64,000 nucleotides of DNA from Alphaproteobacteria bacterium. GTDB lineage: Bacteria > Pseudomonadota > Alphaproteobacteria > UBA7985 > JAUIBT01. Both the position numbers and the translations under genes were made by a program. The notes beneath the pieces are model-generated. The model was not told where the DNA came from. It did no database searches and saw only the letters and a list, made by a program, of their open reading frames with translations. Location: the NCBI GenBank assembly GCA_030428255.1, contig JAUIBT010000020.1, forward strand, positions 9,380 to 73,379, in the 5' to 3' direction. Of the stretch, positions 58,808 to 64,000 are shown piece by piece; within the stretch, counting starts at the first letter, position 1; every line of letters begins with the position of its first letter.

Positions 58808-60502
58808 TCAGTCTTCGCTGATCGCGATGAAAAAGTGCCAGCCATCCAGGGCCAGGTTCGGTGTGTCAGGCGCGGTTTGGCCGCCCAGGTCGCTGGCGAC
58901 AGCGCGCCAGGTGCCCGCTGGCAGCCGAGCGCTGGCAGCCTGCGGTGAAAGGTTAAAGGCGCAGAACAGGCGCTGGTCACCCAAGCGGCGTTCGAAGGTC
59001 AAGATGGGGCCTTGGGCTTGCATGGCCTCTTGGCTGCCTTGCGCCAGCGCGGGGTAGACACGTCGCAGCGCGGCGAGGTGGCGGTAGTGCTGCAACAAAG
59101 CGCTGGGGTCCGCGTCTTGGCGGTCGGCGGCAAGGCTGGTGTGGCGGGGGTCGATTGGCAACCAAGTATCCGCGCCCTCGCGCAGCGCGCTGAAGCCCGC
59201 CTGGGGGGCGTCAGACTGCCAGGGCATGGGGGTGCGGCAGCCGTCGCGGCCCTTGAATTCGGGCCAAAACTCTATGCCATAGGGGTCTTGCAGACGTTCA
59301 AAGGGCACCTCGGCCTCCGGCAAACCCAGCTCTTCGCCTTGGTAGAGGCATGCCGTACCCCGCAGGCAGATCATCAAAACAGGCAGGCAGCGGGCGGCTT
59401 GCGCGGACAAACCCCAGCGCGAAATAAAGCGCGGCACGTCGTGGTTTGAGAAAGCCCAGCAGGGCCAAGCGTCACCGGCCACCGCTTCAAGGCGAGCAAA
59501 GACCTGGCTGACATAGTCGGCGGTCAGGGGACGGTTTTCCAAGAACTCAAAGGCGTAGCACATGTGCATGCGCCGATCGCCCTGGGTGTAGGCGGCCATA
59601 ATCTCCAGCCCCCGCTGGGCGTCGCCAACCTCACCCAAACAGGCGCGGTCGTCATAGCTGTCGGTCAGGGCGCGCAGGCGCTCCAAAAAGGCCAGGTTTT
59701 CGGGCTGGGTTTTGGAATAGAGGTGGTCTTGGTGGTTGTAAGGATTGACCATGGGGGCAATCGAGGCGTTGCGCTGATCGTGCGGCAGAGCCGGGTTATC
59801 ACGCAACTGCTTGTCGTGGAAATAGAAGTTGATGGTATCCAAGCGGAAGCCATCCACGCCTTTGTCGAGCCAAAAGCGGGCCACGTCCAACAGTGCGTCT
59901 TGGACCTGCGGGCAATGGAAATTCAGATCCGGCTGTGAGGCCAAGAAGTTGTGCAGGTAGTATTGCAGGCGCCGACTGTCCCACTGCCAGGCCGAGCCGC
60001 CAAAAATCGACAACCAGTTGTTGGGCGGGCTGCCGTCGGGTTTAGGGTCGGCCCACACGTACCAATCTGATTTCGCATTATCGCGGCTGGTCCGGCTTTG
60101 GGCAAACCAGGGATGCTGGTCTGAGGTGTGGGATAAGACCAGATCGATCATGACCTTTAAGCCCAGCTCATGCGCGCGCGCCAAGAGGGCGTCGAAGTCC
60201 TCCATGGTGCCGAACAGTGGGTCGATGCCGCGATAATCGCTGACATCGTAACCAAAGTCCTTCATGGGCGAGGTGAAGAAGGGCGAAATCCAGATTGCGT
60301 CCACGCCCAGCGCGGCCACGTAATCCAAGCGCTGGCGAATGCCTGCCAGATCACCGACGCCATCGCCATTGCTGTCCTGGTAGCTGCGCGGATAGATCTG
60401 ATAGATCAGCCCGCCGCGCCACCAGGGGCTCGTGGCCCCGGCAGGCGTTTGCGCCGCGCCAGCCTTGCTCAAAGAACCAGCCTTGCTCAAAGAAGAGGAC
60501 AC
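58808..60502 (-). CDS. aglA: Alpha-glucosidase (GH13, oligo-1,6-glucosidase/trehalose-6-P hydrolase-like)
   Basis: GH13 catalytic regions GVDGFRLDTINF, ...EVGD... and FSNHD; WWRGGLIYQIYPRSYQDSNGDGVGDL N-terminus. Confidence 0.9.
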   Translation of the reverse strand: MSSSLSKAGSLSKAGAAQTPAGATSPWWRGGLIYQIYPRSYQDSNGDGVGDLAGIRQRLDYVAALGVDAIWISPFFTSPMKDFGYDVSDYRGIDPLFGTMEDFDALLARAHELGLKVMIDLVLSHTSDQHPWFAQSRTSRDNAKSDWYVWADPKPDGSPPNNWLSIFGGSAWQWDSRRLQYYLHNFLASQPDLNFHCPQVQDALLDVARFWLDKGVDGFRLDTINFYFHDKQLRDNPALPHDQRNASIAPMVNPYNHQDHLYSKTQPENLAFLERLRALTDSYDDRACLGEVGDAQRGLEIMAAYTQGDRRMHMCYAFEFLENRPLTADYVSQVFARLEAVAGDAWPCWAFSNHDVPRFISRWGLSAQAARCLPVLMICLRGTACLYQGEELGLPEAEVPFERLQDPYGIEFWPEFKGRDGCRTPMPWQSDAPQAGFSALREGADTWLPIDPRHTSLAADRQDADPSALLQHYRHLAALRRVYPALAQGSQEAMQAQGPILTFERRLGDQRLFCAFNLSPQAASARLPAGTWRAVASDLGGQTAPDTPNLALDGWHFFIAISED

Positions 60503-60514
60503 AGGCCCGCGCTC

Positions 60515-61663
60515 CTATTTCACCGAGCCAGCCAAGAGGCCGCGCACCAAGTACTTCTGCATGGCGAAGAAGACCGCTAGTGGCACCGCGATTGAGACAA
60601 AAGCGGCTGTCGCCAGGATTTCCCAGTTGCCTCCGAAAGTGCCCAAGAGCTCGATGATATGCTGGGTCATGACCGTGGTTTGGCCGGTGGCGTCGATCAA
60701 GAACACCTTGGCTACCAACAAGTCATTCCAGGTCCACAAAAATTGGAAAATGGCAAAGGACGCCAGGGCCGGAAAGCTGAGCGGCAGGATCAGTTTGACA
60801 AAAATCTGGAAATCGGTGGCACCGTCTACCCGCGCGTTCTCGATGATATCGCGCGGCAAGCCCGCCATATAGTTGCGCAAGAGATAGATCGCCAGTGGCA
60901 TGCCAAAGCCGGTGTGGGCCATCCAAACCCCCAAGTAACCCTTGCCAATGCCAATTTCCAGGTGGAATTTCAGCAAAGGGATAAGCGCCAACTGCAAGGG
61001 CACGACCAGCAAGCCCACCACCGCGGCGACCAAGATGGCACGGCCAGGGAATTCCATCCATGCCAGGGCGTAAGCAGCGAAGGCAGCGACCAAAATGGGA
61101 ATAATGGTCGCTGGGATGGTGACGGTAAAGGTGTTGAGGAAGGCTTTACCCATGCCGCTGGCGCTGCCGTCTTTGAACAGCATATCTTGGTAGTTAAAGA
61201 GGGTGAACTTGGGCGGCTGGGTGGCCGTGACAAAGACCCGGCTGCCACGCGACCCGGTAAAGGGTTCGCTGCTTTCCATGCGATAGCTTCCGTCGACTTG
61301 GACGGTGATGTTTCCGCCCTTGCGCAGCTCGGCAGTATCGCCTGGCTTATAGCTGCCGATGTCGCGCGATGAGATGCCCCAAACCGAGATCTTGGCTTTG
61401 GCCCCATCCTCGAACAACTGACCTTCGATGACATAAAGGCCGTTCTGCTCAACTTGGGTCTCGGGCGCGGCTGAGCGTAGGGTCAAATTCTGCTCGGAAG
61501 GGAATAGGGACTGCCACCAACCATTGGTCGCGATTTGATCGGCGGTGCGAAACGAGGATATGAAAAGCCCAAAGGTCGGGATCAGCCAAAGGATCACCAA
61601 AGCGGCGACGCTAATGTGAACCAACCATGTCAGGGTGGATTTGCTTCCTGCAATATTGTCCAT
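60515..61663 (-). CDS. aglG: Sugar ABC transporter permease (MalG-like)
   Basis: BPD_transp_1 domain with the EAA loop region. Confidence 0.88.
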   Translation of the reverse strand: MDNIAGSKSTLTWLVHISVAALVILWLIPTFGLFISSFRTADQIATNGWWQSLFPSEQNLTLRSAAPETQVEQNGLYVIEGQLFEDGAKAKISVWGISSRDIGSYKPGDTAELRKGGNITVQVDGSYRMESSEPFTGSRGSRVFVTATQPPKFTLFNYQDMLFKDGSASGMGKAFLNTFTVTIPATIIPILVAAFAAYALAWMEFPGRAILVAAVVGLLVVPLQLALIPLLKFHLEIGIGKGYLGVWMAHTGFGMPLAIYLLRNYMAGLPRDIIENARVDGATDFQIFVKLILPLSFPALASFAIFQFLWTWNDLLVAKVFLIDATGQTTVMTQHIIELLGTFGGNWEILATAAFVSIAVPLAVFFAMQKYLVRGLLAGSVK

Positions 61664-61675
61664 GGGTCGTCTCCT

Positions 61676-62683
61676 CTAGCGCATTTCTTTGCGTGCGTTA
61701 CGCACATTCCAGATCAAAATTGGCGTCACGAGCAGCATGATGACCATAGCCGCCGCGGAGCCAAGGCCCCAATCGTTGGCGCGGAACAGCTTGTCGAACA
61801 TATAGTTGGCCAAGACCTGTGTCTCCCATTGGCCGTTGGTCATGGCGAAGACAATGTCAAAGACCTTGAGCACGGTGATGGTGATGGTGGTCCAGACGAC
61901 AAGAATTGTGGTGCGAATTTGCGGGACTTTGATTTTGAAGAATATTTGCAGCGGACCGGCGCCATCGACAATGGCGGCTTCTATGGTCTCTTCGGGAATG
62001 CCGCGCAGGGCGGCTGATAAAATGACCATCGCAAAGCCGGTCTGGATCCAGATCAAAACGGCCATCAGGAAGAAGTTGTTCCAGATGGGAATCGTCAGCC
62101 ATGTCTGAGGTTCCGTGCCGCCAAAAAAGATGTAGAGCGCGTTCAGCATGCCGATCTGATCTTGCTCGACCGGGCGGGTATCATAAACCAATTTCCAAAT
62201 CACCGCAGCGCCGACAAAGGAGATGGCCATGGGCATGAAAATCAGCGATTTTGCTAGGTTGCCCCAACGAATGCGGTCGGTCAGTTGCGCGGTCAACAGA
62301 CCAAAGGCTGTCGACAACGCAGGGACCACAATCAGCCACATGATGTTGTTGCGCATGGCTTCCCAAAATTTGGGCTCCTTGAGCATTTGTTCGTAATTGG
62401 CAAGTCCGACCCAGGTGTAGCCGCCGCCAGGGACGCGCTCGGTCAAGGACAGGCGCAGTGTCTCGACAACCGGATAGGCCAGGTAGAGGCCCAAAGCGAC
62501 TATGGCAGGCAACAAGAACAGCCAAGGCCGCACCATGTTGGCCCAGTTGATGTTGCGGCCAGCATGCGGGCCCCGGGCTGGGAAGATCACAGTATCCAAC
62601 ACGAGGTTGGATAGATAGAAATAGCCAACGCAGCCGACCACGCCCAGAACGATGGTCACGAGGCCTAAAAGGGCTGGGTTCAT
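61676..62683 (-). CDS. aglF: Sugar ABC transporter permease (MalF-like)
   Basis: BPD_transp_1 six-TM permease. Confidence 0.88.
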   Translation of the reverse strand: MNPALLGLVTIVLGVVGCVGYFYLSNLVLDTVIFPARGPHAGRNINWANMVRPWLFLLPAIVALGLYLAYPVVETLRLSLTERVPGGGYTWVGLANYEQMLKEPKFWEAMRNNIMWLIVVPALSTAFGLLTAQLTDRIRWGNLAKSLIFMPMAISFVGAAVIWKLVYDTRPVEQDQIGMLNALYIFFGGTEPQTWLTIPIWNNFFLMAVLIWIQTGFAMVILSAALRGIPEETIEAAIVDGAGPLQIFFKIKVPQIRTTILVVWTTITITVLKVFDIVFAMTNGQWETQVLANYMFDKLFRANDWGLGSAAAMVIMLLVTPILIWNVRNARKEMR

Positions 62684-62865
62684 GGCTGGTCCTCCCGGTT
62701 TTTCTGCCTATGCCGCGTTGTAGGTTGGCGGCGAAGCAAGGCGGTGTGTTCATCGTGCAGCTTGGCGCTGGTGCTGCATGTTGTGTCGGCCGATTGCCAG
62801 ATCATTGAAAAGGGTGCCTGGTTTCAGCCGCCGCCCCTTCGAGATCGCATCATAAGAAAGCGGGC

Positions 62866-62905
62866 AAAAAAAAGGCGACCCGGCTAACCTAGCACAGATC
62901 GCCCC
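62866..62905 (-). terminator. Intra-operon terminator/attenuator after the alpha-glucoside binding-protein gene
   Basis: Minus strand: GGGCGATCtgtgctaggttagccGGGTCGCC + T8. Confidence 0.65.
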
Positions 62906-62922
62906 TTTGGTTCATCAAAGGA

Positions 62923-64000
62923 TTACTTCAAAGCATCCCATGAAGCTTGGATTTCGCTGGCTACGTCTTCAGCAGACTTGCCGCCAGCGTAGTCAACCAT
63001 GCCCGTCCAGAAGGACCCAGCACCAACGCCGCCAGGCATCAGGTCAGAGCCGTCAAAGCGGAAGGTGGTGGCACCCAACAGGATGTCGTTCATCTTCTTC
63101 AAAGTCGGGTCAGAGAAAACGCTGGTGTCTACGCCCTTGTGCGGGGTCAAGAAGCCCTTGCGCGCCATCCAGATCTCGTGGGCTTCTGGCGACTGTAGGT
63201 AGGCGATCAAAGCATGTGCGCCGGGGCTGTCGTTGGTGATGGCCCAAACGGTGCCTGCGCCCAAGACTGGAGAGCCCAGGTCCTTGCCAGCGTAAGCGGG
63301 GAAGTAGAAGAAGTCTGCATCTTCACCCACTGAGGTGCCCTCTGGGAAGAACGCAGGGATGAAAGACGCCTGGCGGTGCATGTAGCACTGCGGCGGAGAG
63401 GAGAACAGACCCTTGGGGCTGTCGCGGAAGTCGGTTGAAGCAACCGCGCCAGAGCCGCCAGCGACGTAGTCGTCGTTGCGAGCAAATGCGCCGAACTCTT
63501 CAATCGCTGCAACGACTTTGGGGTCGTTAAACTTCAGCTCGTTCTTAACCCAAGCGTCGTAGTCTGCTGGAGACTGCGTGCGCAGCATCAGGTCCTCAAC
63601 CCAGTCGGTTGCGGGCCAGCCGGTCGCGCCGCCAGACCCCAGACCGATACACCAAGGGGTTCCACCGTCGGCAACGATTTGATCGCTCAACGCCTTCAGC
63701 TCTTCCATGGTGGTGGGGACTTCGTAGCCAGCGTCCTCAAAGTTCTCAGGGCTGTACCAGACCAAAGACTTCACATCGACTTTGTAGAAGAAGCCATAAA
63801 GGTTGTCTGCGCCATCAGGACCAGCATAGGTGCCCAAATCAACCCAAGATTGACCCGCGGCATAGTTTTCGCGCACCCAATCGTCCGTGCCAGCAGCCAG
63901 CGGGGTCAGGAAACCGCCCTTAGCCATGTCGCCCGCAAGGCCAGGCTGGGGGAAGGCTGCAACGTTTGGAGCTGAGCCAGCTTCCGCGTCGATGCGGATC
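62923..64000 (-). CDS. aglE: Alpha-glucoside ABC transporter substrate-binding protein, 5'-partial (N-terminus beyond window end)
   Basis: SBP_bac_1-type sugar-binding protein. The frame remains open from 63927 to the window edge, and the ORF-track ATG at 63927 is internal. Confidence 0.85.
   Translation of the reverse strand, partial: IRIDAEAGSAPNVAAFPQPGLAGDMAKGGFLTPLAAGTDDWVRENYAAGQSWVDLGTYAGPDGADNLYGFFYKVDVKSLVWYSPENFEDAGYEVPTTMEELKALSDQIVADGGTPWCIGLGSGGATGWPATDWVEDLMLRTQSPADYDAWVKNELKFNDPKVVAAIEEFGAFARNDDYVAGGSGAVASTDFRDSPKGLFSSPPQCYMHRQASFIPAFFPEGTSVGEDADFFYFPAYAGKDLGSPVLGAGTVWAITNDSPGAHALIAYLQSPEAHEIWMARKGFLTPHKGVDTSVFSDPTLKKMNDILLGATTFRFDGSDLMPGGVGAGSFWTGMVDYAGGKSAEDVASEIQASWDALK

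Overview
The window reads as GC-rich (~63-65%) alphaproteobacterial core chromosome, probably Rhodobacterales-like. Most long ORFs in both orientations are high-GC antisense shadows; roughly 58 genes look real. There are no integrases, transposases, CRISPR arrays, rRNAs or tRNAs.

Recognisable content, in order:
- pccB (3' part) and a divergent mmsA/LysR pair.
- A CapA-like (PGA_cap) gene and a calcineurin-like phosphatase.
- cdnL/carD, fdxA and a TerC gene.
- A GlxA/GbdR-type AraC regulator divergent from the sarcosine oxidase operon soxBDAG.
- A BNR-repeat protein and prfB with its programmed +1 frameshift.
- An MDR dehydrogenase with Lrp, an ELM1-like protein and trxB.
- An SH3b protein.
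- A translationally coupled GST / GST / nitroreductase / phosphotransferase operon.
- rpmF, a small Pro/Lys-rich membrane protein, bioY, a MOSC protein, a COQ9-like protein divergent from rpsU, and a CDP-alcohol phosphatidyltransferase.
- A Co-type nitrile hydratase alpha-beta-accessory cluster.
- mdh-sucCD.
- A divergent pair of periplasmic proteins that both carry an N-terminal 'AHE' motif (one is DUF4198).
- A D-threonine aldolase-like enzyme, malonyl-CoA decarboxylase, a DUF1127 mini-protein and Nnr.
- A Dpp/Opp-type ABC importer.
- A GntR-controlled MocA / shikimate dehydrogenase / 3-dehydroshikimate dehydratase operon.
- An HD-GYP-like LuxR regulator and a signal-peptide RidA.
- The alpha-glucoside uptake operon aglEFGAK (aglE 5'-partial at the window end).

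The non-genic signals worth a second look are a family of hairpin-forming REP-like repeats present as tandem arrays at two loci, each abutting the stop codon of a minus-strand gene; several other short tandem duplications; and a structured ~170-nt terminator-ended candidate sRNA upstream of mdh. No obviously novel multi-gene system such as a defence island is evident. The novelty candidates are the repeat family, the sRNA, the 'AHE' periplasmic pair, the HD-GYP-like LuxR regulator and the Pro/Lys-rich mini membrane protein.
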